NCBI GenBank assembly: GCA_020852275.1
Contig: JADZBE010000013.1
Coordinates: forward strand, 200,650-264,649
Source: Phycisphaerales bacterium
GTDB taxonomy: Bacteria > Planctomycetota > Phycisphaerae > UBA1845
Reading direction: 5' to 3'
DNA: 64,000 bases
Position 1 is the stretch's first letter. The number at the start of each line of letters is the position of its first letter. The position numbers and the translations under genes were made by a program. The notes below the pieces were generated by a model. It saw only the letters and a list, made by a program, of their open reading frames with translations. It was not told the DNA's origin and did not search any database. Of this stretch, positions 1-7,981 are shown in pieces.

Positions 1-1348
1 TGAGTTCGTCGGGCAGCGCCATTTCATCGGCGAGGGCAAGCTCCTGCGCCGCACGCTGCAGGCCGACCGCCTCGCCAGCATGTTGTTCTACGGTCCGCCG
101 GGGACGGGCAAGACCTCGCTCGCGCGCCTCATCGCCGAGCTGACGAAGGCGCACTTCGTCGAGGTCAACGCCGCGGCCATCGGAGTCAAGGAAATCCGCG
201 ACATCCTCGCGCAGGCGCGGCAGCGGCTGGAGATGGAGGGTCGGCGGACGGTGCTGTTCGTGGATGAGCTGCACCGCTTCAACAAGGCGCAGCAGGACGT
301 GCTGCTCGGCGACGTGGAGGACGGCATCGTCATCCTCATCGGCGCCACCACGGAAAACCCGTTCTTCGCGGTGAACTCGCCGCTCGTGTCGCGCAGCCAG
401 ATTTTCCAGTTCGAACCGCTGTCGATCGACGACATCCAATCGCTCGTGCGACGGGCGGCGTCGGACGTCGAGTGCGGCCTGGGCAGGTGGCGCGTCACGC
501 TGACCGAGGAGGCCGTTGCGCATCTGGCCGTGACCTGCGACGGCGACGCGCGCCGGGCGCTTGCGGCGCTGGAAATCGCCGTGCTTTCCCAGGGCGACGG
601 CCAGCCGCGAGCCGAGGGGGTCACGGTGGATCTGCCCGTGGTGGAGGAGTCCATCCAGCGCAAGGCCATTCAGTACGACGCCGCGGGCGACGCGCATTAC
701 GACGCCATCAGCGCCATGATCAAGAGCATCCGCGGCAGCGACCCGGACGCGGCGGTGTACTGGATTGCCCGCATGTTGGAAGCCGGCGAAGACCCGCGAT
801 TCATCGCGCGGCGCATCGTCATCGCCGCGTCCGAGGACATTGGGAACGCCGATCCGATCGGGCTGGTGGTCGCACAGGCGGCCGCGGACGCCACGAACAT
901 GGTCGGCGTGCCGGAGTGTCAACTCATTCTCGCGCAGGCGGCGATCTACCTGGCGTGCGCGCCGAAGTCCAACGCCTCGGCCAATGCCATCTGGGAGGCG
1001 TCGAAAGATGTGCGCGAAGGGCGGACGATCCCCGTGCCGAAGCATCTCAAGGCCACGGGCTACGGCGGCGCGAAGCGGCTGGGCGCCGGGGAGGGCTACC
1101 TCTATCCCCACGATGCCGAGGCGGGTATAGTTAAGCAGGAGTATCTGGGCGTTGCCAAGACCTACTACGTGCCCACGCAGCGGGGAGCGGAAAAGCGCCT
1201 GGGGGAATACCTGGCTTGGGTCCGTCGATCGCTCGATGAGGCGGGCGCGGCGGGAAAGAAGCAAGAATCGACGAGTTTCGAGGGTGCAGAGCGCCAAGAC
1301 CCACCTGCGACAAAGGCTCCGCGAGACCCTGGCGGGGCTGACCGCTGA
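1..1348 (+). CDS. rarA: Replication-associated recombination protein A (RarA/MgsA AAA+ ATPase); 5' end cut by window edge
   Basis: Frame of ORF 80..1348 stays open to nt 2 (EFVGQRHFIGEGKLLRR). Walker A GPPGTGKT, Walker B VLFVDELHRFNK, MgsA C-terminal domain (HYDAISAMIKSIRGSDPDAAVYW). Confidence 0.95.
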   Translation, partial: EFVGQRHFIGEGKLLRRTLQADRLASMLFYGPPGTGKTSLARLIAELTKAHFVEVNAAAIGVKEIRDILAQARQRLEMEGRRTVLFVDELHRFNKAQQDVLLGDVEDGIVILIGATTENPFFAVNSPLVSRSQIFQFEPLSIDDIQSLVRRAASDVECGLGRWRVTLTEEAVAHLAVTCDGDARRALAALEIAVLSQGDGQPRAEGVTVDLPVVEESIQRKAIQYDAAGDAHYDAISAMIKSIRGSDPDAAVYWIARMLEAGEDPRFIARRIVIAASEDIGNADPIGLVVAQAAADATNMVGVPECQLILAQAAIYLACAPKSNASANAIWEASKDVREGRTIPVPKHLKATGYGGAKRLGAGEGYLYPHDAEAGIVKQEYLGVAKTYYVPTQRGAEKRLGEYLAWVRRSLDEAGAAGKKQESTSFEGAERQDPPATKAPRDPGGADR

Positions 1349-1895
1349 GCATCGTGATTCGGCTTCGCGCCGAGCGTGCCAGCGGGTGTTTCAACTGCCC
1401 GAGTATGCGCGCGCCGACGTGGTGATGACGTTCGTGTCGCTGCCATCGGAGATCGACACGACGCCGCTGGTGCTGCGTTGCTGGCAGGACCACAAGCGCG
1501 TCGTCGTGCCGAAGGTGAGCTGGGAGCAGCGGCGGATGGTGCCGGTGGAAATTCAGTCGCTCACGGAGGACCTCGCCCCGTCCGAGTTCGGGCTGCGCGA
1601 ACCGGTCAGCGGTACGCCCTTCCCGCTGTCGATGGTCGAGCTGGTGATCGTGCCGGGTCTGGGCTTCGACGAGTACGGCAACCGACTCGGCCGAGGGCGC
1701 GGGTTCTACGACCGCTTCCTGGGCAGCGCCGACTTCCGCGGCACGTCCTGCGGGCTGGCGTTCGAGGAGCAGGTCGCCACGAATGTACCGGTCGGTCCGA
1801 CCGACAAGCCCGTGCACCTGCTCGTCACGGACCGCAAGACGCGGCGATTCAAGACGGCGGCCGGCGCGGCGGTGGGCGAGCAGCGAATCCAGTAA
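1284..1895 (+). CDS. 5-formyltetrahydrofolate cyclo-ligase (MTHFS family)
   Basis: ORF 1152..1895. KTHLRQRLRETL N-terminus, VVPKV, PGLGFDEYGNRLGRGRGFYDRFL motif. Start uncertain (GTG 1284 or ATG 1236); overlaps the rarA 3' end. Confidence 0.85.
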   Translation: MQSAKTHLRQRLRETLAGLTAEHRDSASRRACQRVFQLPEYARADVVMTFVSLPSEIDTTPLVLRCWQDHKRVVVPKVSWEQRRMVPVEIQSLTEDLAPSEFGLREPVSGTPFPLSMVELVIVPGLGFDEYGNRLGRGRGFYDRFLGSADFRGTSCGLAFEEQVATNVPVGPTDKPVHLLVTDRKTRRFKTAAGAAVGEQRIQ

Positions 1896-2185
1896 CGCTT
1901 CGAGTTGGACTACCCAAACAGCCCAAGGCGAAACAACATCTGCAGGGGGGACCGACTTTCCGGCCAGTCATTTGTCGCGGCCCAGGTTTCCAATCGGTCC
2001 TGCCACGGAGATCTTGACGCGTTAACCTCGCTCTTCGAAGTTTCGGCCACACCCAAACGCCGCAGTGCCCACCGACCCAGTGGATGCAAACCGTGTTTCA
2101 GTCCTGCGAAAAGCAGAATCCCCGGCTTCATGCCACGCCGAAAACCCATCCCATGCACGAGAGTCGCCCCGCAGAACCGCCGATG

Positions 2186-4894
2186 TCATGGGCACTCAAA
2201 ACTCGTAAGGGCACCGCAGGCGACAATCTCAATAACATGGGGCCCTGTCGACACCCGTCGCAGGACCGCTCGGCCCCACCCGTAACAATCGAGAGTGACG
2301 GGCGTGTCCGTACTCGGGTCGCCGTCGAGTCGAAGCGTGACCCAATGGTTCGGGTCCGCATGATAGACCTGAATAAGCGAGCGACGTCCCGTCCCTTGGC
2401 CTCGCTGCCGGCATTTGGCCTCGAGCTGCACTGCCGCACAGCCTGCGCCAATCCCCTTCCAGTGGACTGCGAAGCCCTCTCCGCCAACAAGCAGACTTTC
2501 CCCCTTCACATCTATTGATCGGCCGTAGCGGTCATGCCTATTCCCTGGATGGGGAGGGTCCAGTCGGGCCGCGCGCCGCCAACCATGAGATCCCTCATTG
2601 TAGGCGAACAGTGCTCCGGATCCCACGTTTTCTCCCTCGGCGGCTGGCTCAGCAACGAGCATGTGCTGCTCGGTGAGCAGCCAGGGTTTGAGATAACGAC
2701 CGCCGGCACCCGACAGTTGCTTCGTCAGCTCCCAGCTATTATTCAGCAAGCGAAAAAGAAAGACGCCCTGGTTGTTCACGCCAACTGCGGCGGATTTCCC
2801 TGAGACGGACACCTCGCAATACATTCCGCCGTGATCAATCGCCTGCTTATGCAGCCACTTGCCGTTCTCTAGCTCATACACGTGTGCAAAATGCCACCCG
2901 TAAGCGGTAATCCAGAGGCAGTTCTCATCCATAGCCACATCAAATCCGAAGTACGCCCCTGCATACTCCGGTGGCGCCCTCAAGGTCTGTACAAACTCCC
3001 ACTCTGAATTGCGAGCGGCGAACACGTGAACCGCACCCTCGCTCCCGTGTCCCTGTGAATCACTCGGAGCCCCGACAATGAGCCAGGATCCATTAACCTC
3101 AAGGCTTGTTCCAAAACCGTCGGCAGTTGGATTAGCGCCCCTCGACAAAGCGCGATAGCGCCAATCCCAACCCTTCTTGGTCCATGTGTAGACCTCGACT
3201 GCCCCTATCGGCTCCCCTTGTGCATCATGGCACGTTGAGCCTACGGCCAGCGTATCTCCGTCAACATCCAGCGGAGCACCGAAACAATCGTCTTCATTTG
3301 GATTGGGAAGCGTGAGGATCTGACGAACGCTGTTGTCCGCGAGGTTGAAGACAACAACAGATCCTTGATGCTCTGGGTCAAAGTAGCAGCTCCGGGCACT
3401 GACAAGAAAGGTATCCTCCGCAAAGGCGACTGATTCACCGAAATCGCCGGCGTAAGGAGTGTCCTCGGGAGGCAAAATCCGCGCACTCTCGCACGGTTCG
3501 CACTCATCCGGCAAGGAATTGCGGTTATGGTCGAACGATGTTTTTCCCTCGATATCGCATTCATCCGGAATAGCATTCCCGTTGCAATCACCGACTTTTC
3601 CGTCGGTCAGTTCGCAAAAATCAAGCACGGTATTGGCATTGCAATCCAGAAGCGATTCACATTCGTCGAGGCGCAGGTTTGCATTGCAGTCAAGGGCAGG
3701 GTTCGACGCAAGCTCGGACCAGTCCGGAATTCTATTCTCATTGCAGTCAATGACAATGGATCCCAGCGCTTCAAGAGTTGGCAGAAACTCCAGGCACGTC
3801 GGGAGAATCTCTTCCGGCGGCATGAAGAATGCAACCCCGATTTCGAAGGTCAAAGATGTGATCGAATGCTCGCCGTAGCAATAGTTTACGGCGCTGCCGG
3901 AAACGGGGTAGATTGTGTCATAGATGGAACCCCGTTTGTCGTACCTGGTTCCACGGTAGTCATTCAACACGTCGGCCAGATGATCACCCAATTCAACATA
4001 AGTCCAGTGGTCGGCGCAGTTGTCAGGCGTGTGCCCCCACGCCCACATAATCATCTTTCCATAACTGTGCAGGTCATTATGTACGGCGATGTTGCCGTGC
4101 TCCAACATCATGTCCCGCAGGTGCGCCGTCTCCGGTTGGGAGAACGGCTCTTCCCCGGCGCCGGGGCCGCCCCAGTCCCGGTTGAGATCGGCATGGTGCG
4201 CATTCTCACGGCGCCGTTGCACGTACCCGTCCGGATTGCTGATCGGCACCAGGAACCATTCAGCGCCGTCCACCAACGCGCGCACTTCGCCGTCTGACTC
4301 ATAGTTCTCGAGAAGGTGGCGGGCGAGGTAGGCGAGCACGCATGGACCCATGATCTCACTGCCATGCTGCGCGGCGTGATAGAACACGCCGGGTTTCTCG
4401 GTTCCTTGCCCCGTGATCCGGATCATCCACTGCGGGCGGCCTTCCACCGACGGACCGAGATCCACGACCGTCGCCAGCTCTGGAAAGCGTGCGGCGAGTT
4501 CGTGCAGGAACGCGGCATGTTCCTCGTAGGTTGCATAATCGTCGAAGAAATCTCCCGTCGTCGTGCGGTTGAAGTAGTCGTCGTAGAGGCAGTCGAGGTC
4601 TTCAATCACCACGGCATACGCCAGCCCCAGCCGCTCGATCGCCGCCCGCCCGCCGCCCGAGACGCGCACCTCCAGCGACGGCGCTCCACGATCGTCGGTC
4701 CAGATTTCAAGCTCGGGATTGGCAATCTCGAGATCGAAGAGGGCCTCGCGATCCCGAGGGGACTCGACCCGCACCGAAAGAAGTTGTGCATCCTCGGGCG
4801 CGGGCGCCTGCGCAAACGCGACCCCCGGCATGGCCCCAAAGGCAGCCGTCAGCGACAGCCGCACGATCGATCGGATCGAGTGCTTCCCTTTCAT
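2186..4894 (-). CDS. Secreted multidomain M14 zinc carboxypeptidase with Cys-rich DCN repeats and an FG-GAP-like beta-propeller
   Basis: ORF 2186..4939. Likely start ATG 4894 (MKGKHSIRSIVRL...AFAQ signal peptide) preceded by AGGAGA. M14 motifs HAAQHGSE, DLNRDW, HSYG. Six D-C-N-x-N-x-x-P-D-x-C repeats. Repeated FGxS/VGAP blades. Confidence 0.9.
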   Translation of the reverse strand: MKGKHSIRSIVRLSLTAAFGAMPGVAFAQAPAPEDAQLLSVRVESPRDREALFDLEIANPELEIWTDDRGAPSLEVRVSGGGRAAIERLGLAYAVVIEDLDCLYDDYFNRTTTGDFFDDYATYEEHAAFLHELAARFPELATVVDLGPSVEGRPQWMIRITGQGTEKPGVFYHAAQHGSEIMGPCVLAYLARHLLENYESDGEVRALVDGAEWFLVPISNPDGYVQRRRENAHHADLNRDWGGPGAGEEPFSQPETAHLRDMMLEHGNIAVHNDLHSYGKMIMWAWGHTPDNCADHWTYVELGDHLADVLNDYRGTRYDKRGSIYDTIYPVSGSAVNYCYGEHSITSLTFEIGVAFFMPPEEILPTCLEFLPTLEALGSIVIDCNENRIPDWSELASNPALDCNANLRLDECESLLDCNANTVLDFCELTDGKVGDCNGNAIPDECDIEGKTSFDHNRNSLPDECEPCESARILPPEDTPYAGDFGESVAFAEDTFLVSARSCYFDPEHQGSVVVFNLADNSVRQILTLPNPNEDDCFGAPLDVDGDTLAVGSTCHDAQGEPIGAVEVYTWTKKGWDWRYRALSRGANPTADGFGTSLEVNGSWLIVGAPSDSQGHGSEGAVHVFAARNSEWEFVQTLRAPPEYAGAYFGFDVAMDENCLWITAYGWHFAHVYELENGKWLHKQAIDHGGMYCEVSVSGKSAAVGVNNQGVFLFRLLNNSWELTKQLSGAGGRYLKPWLLTEQHMLVAEPAAEGENVGSGALFAYNEGSHGWRRAARLDPPHPGNRHDRYGRSIDVKGESLLVGGEGFAVHWKGIGAGCAAVQLEAKCRQRGQGTGRRSLIQVYHADPNHWVTLRLDGDPSTDTPVTLDCYGWGRAVLRRVSTGPHVIEIVACGALTSFECP

Positions 4895-5083
4895 GGTTAG
4901 TTCTCCTGAAAGTCGCCGCCACGCGGCATGCCTGGCCATTGAAGGCTGACCCCAGCCGCGCGAGCCTTCCGGTTAAACGGACAACGTATCATGGCAACTC
5001 ATGCTTGAGGGGCGACCTGCCGCCAAGGTTGCCAGAATCGTACAGCCCACAATACTGTCCCGACAAGGAGTGATCTTTTACAC

Positions 5084-6136
5084 ATGAGCGGCAACGTATA
5101 TCGCGCCGGTTGCATCGGGCTGGGGAACATCTTTCGGGATCGGCATCAGGTGGCGCTGGAGGCGCTGCCGGGGTGGGCGATCTCCAAGGTGTATGACGTG
5201 AGCGCTGAGGCGGTCGCACGCGCGAAGGAGCGAAGCCCAGGCGCGGCCGTTGCGCGATCGCCCGAGGAGATTCTGGACGATCCGGACATCGACGCCGTGG
5301 TCATCTGCACGCCGCCGCACGTGCGGCGCGATTTCGTCATCCGCGCCGCCGCGAACGGCAAGCATCTCATGCTCGAAAAGCCCATCGCGCGGAAGCTCGA
5401 CGACGCACGGGCGATGGTCGCCGCGATCGAGAAGGCGGGCGTGGCCTGCTTCGTGCCGTTTACGCGCACTTTCTGGCCCGGCGAGCGGAAGTGCATCGAG
5501 TGGGCGCGGAGCGGTCGCCTGGGCAAGCCCGTCAGCTTCGTTCACAACTCGATCACGCCGCCGTATGCGTACAAGGAAGGCGAATACGCGTGGATGAACG
5601 ACCGCGACGGCAGCGGCGGCCCCATGTTCGATTACTCGATCCACTTCCTCGACTTCGCTTTGAAGGTCTTCGAGACGCCGCCGACCGCCGTCTGGCGCCA
5701 CTCGAAGCACTACTCCCCGCGGACGATCCGCTGCGAGGACGTGTGCACGATGATCGTCGAGTTCGGCGATCAGGGCGCGGCCACGTTCATCAAGGTCTCC
5801 GCCGTCCGCCCGGATGCCGGCTTCTGGCATGAGACCTGTCACATCACCTGCGAGCACGGGCAGATCACCATGCCCAACGGCTACAGCGCCGAATGGTGCA
5901 TGGGAGGCGATGGCGAGAAGTTCGCAAGCGAGAGCAAACCGGAGATCTGGTCGAAGGAGCGATTCGGCGCGTTCACCGAGCTGGCCAACTGCATCCGCGC
6001 CGGTCGCGAATGTGGCGGTAGTGCCGGTCGCCCGTGCAGCAGCAACGAACGGGACGGGCTGCGCACCATCGAAGTGCTTGAAGCAGGCTTCCGCAGCGAA
6101 TCCCTGGCCCGCCGCGTGCTGCTGACCGAGGTTTGA
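5084..6136 (+). CDS. Gfo/Idh/MocA family NAD(P)-dependent oxidoreductase
   Basis: ORF translation: GCIGLGNIF Rossmann N-terminus, DAVVICTPPHVRRDFVIRAAANGKHLMLEKPIA family signature; AAGGAG upstream. Confidence 0.9.
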   Translation: MSGNVYRAGCIGLGNIFRDRHQVALEALPGWAISKVYDVSAEAVARAKERSPGAAVARSPEEILDDPDIDAVVICTPPHVRRDFVIRAAANGKHLMLEKPIARKLDDARAMVAAIEKAGVACFVPFTRTFWPGERKCIEWARSGRLGKPVSFVHNSITPPYAYKEGEYAWMNDRDGSGGPMFDYSIHFLDFALKVFETPPTAVWRHSKHYSPRTIRCEDVCTMIVEFGDQGAATFIKVSAVRPDAGFWHETCHITCEHGQITMPNGYSAEWCMGGDGEKFASESKPEIWSKERFGAFTELANCIRAGRECGGSAGRPCSSNERDGLRTIEVLEAGFRSESLARRVLLTEV

Positions 6137-6138
6137 AC

Positions 6139-6346
6139 CGCGCCGCGCCCGAACAGCGCCGCGACCGTAAGCAGTGCATCCCGGCGTGCCACTGCTCTGT
6201 GAGCAGTGTATCCCGGTGTGCACTGCTCTGTGAGCAGGGCATCCCACTGTGCCACTGTTCTGTGAGGAGGCGACTAGCTCGAACCCCAATCGCAACCGAA
6301 CAGAGCCGCGACCGTAAGGGAGCGTTTCTTTCGAACCCCAATCGCG
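6139..6346. repeat. Composite GC-rich repeat block: three tandem 31-32 bp hairpin units bracketed by two pairs of direct repeats
   Basis: Units at 6169-6200, 6201-6231, 6232-6263 (GAGCAGTG...CACTGCTC stems). Direct repeats CGAACAG(C/A)GCCGCGACCGTAAG at 6150-6171 and 6297-6318; TCGAACCCCAATCGC at 6279-6293 and 6331-6345. Confidence 0.9.
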
Positions 6347-6402
6347 CCCGGTCATGCGCCCGACGCGATGCTCCTGAGGCACAACCATACCGCGCCGGGC
6401 TA

Positions 6403-6915
6403 TCACCTCGAACGCGCCGTCCGAACCTCGTCCTGCCGCCCCACCTCACTCCCGCCTCGCTGCACTCCGGCACTTCCGCGCCGCAGGAACTCAAGGCACT
6501 TCGGCAGGTTGAACACGATCCGCAGCAGCGTGTCCAGGCTCCGCGACTGATACACCGCGCCGCACTCCCATCGCGACAGCGAATTCCCGCCGAGGCGCGG
6601 CAGCTCTGCCAGCTCCTGCTGCGTCAATCCTAGGCGTTCGGGCCCGGCGCGGATATCCTGCGGCGAGAGCAGCCCGAGCTGGCAGTAGGTCTCGATCGAG
6701 ATGCGCGCGAGGGCGTCGTCCTCGAGGATGATGGTGTCGTGCGGGTGCTCTGGCCTGCACTTCGGGTTCGTGCAACGAATGACGGACAAGTCCGGAACGC
6801 GCACGACGTGCGACCGGCCGTCGTGCACGACTCTTTCCTCATGTTGCACGGTTGCGCGCCGGAGCGAACGCTCGCCGCATACGTCGCAGCGGTGAGATTC
6901 GAGGGGTTTCCTCAC
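6403..6915 (-). CDS. MqsA/YgiT-type antitoxin-like protein (zinc ribbon plus XRE-type HTH)
   Basis: CDVCG...CTNPKC zinc-ribbon cysteines, then LTQQELAELPRLGGNSLSRWECG HTH. The C-terminal tail runs into the repeat block, so the true stop or tail is uncertain. Confidence 0.75.
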   Translation of the reverse strand: MRKPLESHRCDVCGERSLRRATVQHEERVVHDGRSHVVRVPDLSVIRCTNPKCRPEHPHDTIILEDDALARISIETYCQLGLLSPQDIRAGPERLGLTQQELAELPRLGGNSLSRWECGAVYQSRSLDTLLRIVFNLPKCLEFLRRGSAGVQRGGSEVGRQDEVRTARSR

Positions 6916-6928
6916 GGGCGATGGTCCT

Positions 6929-7123
6929 TCAATACGCGCGCCTTACGCTATGCACCTTCGCGGCGGGATCGTCGGGATACTCGGAGAGCAACTCCACCTG
7001 CATGGGCATCTCGACGAACCCGGCTTTCGGACCTCCTGCCCGCGCTGCACGCAGCCGTTCTGCCGTACTGTGCGAAGCAGTGTATCGCGGTCCAAATGCA
7101 TCCGCGATCAGAAAGCCACTCAC
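6929..7123 (-). CDS. Small ORF, possibly a degenerate DUF4258-like toxin partner of the MqsA-like gene
   Basis: 64 codons with GTG start, packed 5 nt after the mazF stop and 13 nt before the mqsA-like start. ELLSEYPDDP...VHSV resembles the DUF4258 core from memory but is much shorter. GC3 lower than neighbours. Confidence 0.35.
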   Translation of the reverse strand: MSGFLIADAFGPRYTASHSTAERLRAARAGGPKAGFVEMPMQVELLSEYPDDPAAKVHSVRRAY

Positions 7124-7128
7124 GACGA

Positions 7129-7473
7129 CTACCGGCCGAAAACCACATCAATTCCGGTGAGAACTAGCGAAGCTTGTTTGCGGGGCAGCTTGCCCGCGCG
7201 GCGGGTGAGCGCCGAGCGATCCAGCGTCACGATCTGAGAAACGTTGGCCACGCTGTCCCTGGGCAATCCCGTCTGCCTGGCCCGCAGGAGTACATTTCCG
7301 GGGGCGTCGGCCCATACCAGGTTGCCGGTGAGCGACACACAGACGATGGTCGCAAGCTTGCCGTGGTTGAATGCGTCGCCCTGAACCACCACAACGGGGC
7401 GGCGAAAAGCCGGCTCCGATCCGGTCGGAGCGGGGAGCTCAGCCCACCAAACCTCGCCTTGCGAGATCACCAC
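7129..7473 (-). CDS. mazF: MazF/PemK family type II toxin (endoribonuclease)
   Basis: GEVWWAELPAPTGSEPAFRRPVVVVQ N-terminal signature and SVANVSQIVTLDRS typical of PemK/MazF. 7-nt overlap with the upstream antitoxin gene. Confidence 0.9.
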   Translation of the reverse strand: MVISQGEVWWAELPAPTGSEPAFRRPVVVVQGDAFNHGKLATIVCVSLTGNLVWADAPGNVLLRARQTGLPRDSVANVSQIVTLDRSALTRRAGKLPRKQASLVLTGIDVVFGR

Positions 7474-7739
7474 TCGGCCTTCTCCAGGATCGCGGCCGCG
7501 GCAGCCGCGGTGAAGGCGTCCTTCGGCTCATGAACACCCGGTTGTGCAGGAGCTCCAAGCTGCTGAACGAGCCGATCGCAGACTTGATCCAGCGCCTCCG
7601 TCACGCGGTCGGGCGAGTGGCGCGCGACAAACTCCGCCAAGGCGCGGCGATACACGTCGCTGCGCGTGGTCTGCAATCGCCTCGCGAGCCGTTCTGCTTC
7701 CCGATAAACGTCATCCGGGATGGAGACCGCCGTTTTCAT
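7467..7739 (-). CDS. Ribbon-helix-helix (CopG/MazE-like) antitoxin
   Basis: MKTAVSIPDDVYREAERLARRL is a typical RHH N-terminus; overlaps the mazF start. Confidence 0.85.
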   Translation of the reverse strand: MKTAVSIPDDVYREAERLARRLQTTRSDVYRRALAEFVARHSPDRVTEALDQVCDRLVQQLGAPAQPGVHEPKDAFTAAAAAAILEKAEW

Positions 7740-7981
7740 ACCAAGAGTATAACCGCAGGATGGGGAAAGTCAAAGCACCGTCAAGGTCTCTTGCAGGGCG
7801 GTACCCTGCGGGGCGTTCGCCTCCGTCCAGTCCACGCCGCGCGTTGCAGGACTCCTGCATCGCGGATCGCGGGCCCGCGCCGGAAGCAGCGGATCCCCCC
7901 CACTTCACGCAACAAATCCTCCGCGCCGCACGCGGCACATCTTCCGCATCTTGCGAGACCGTGCTCCGCCGGGCGGATGCA

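Noticed and set aside
472-1134. Alternate-frame ORFs inside rarA (472..1134, 765..1130, 88..669)
   Set aside because: They overlap a strongly supported AAA+ gene in other frames, and their products are Arg/Gly-rich and low-complexity.
1100-1300. 6S RNA (ssrS) upstream of the 5-formyl-THF cyclo-ligase gene, as in E. coli ssrS-ygfA
   Set aside because: The cyclo-ligase start overlaps the rarA coding region, leaving no non-coding space.
5078-6406. 442-aa minus-strand ORF
   Set aside because: Antisense to the Gfo/Idh/MocA gene, and it extends through the non-coding repeat block.
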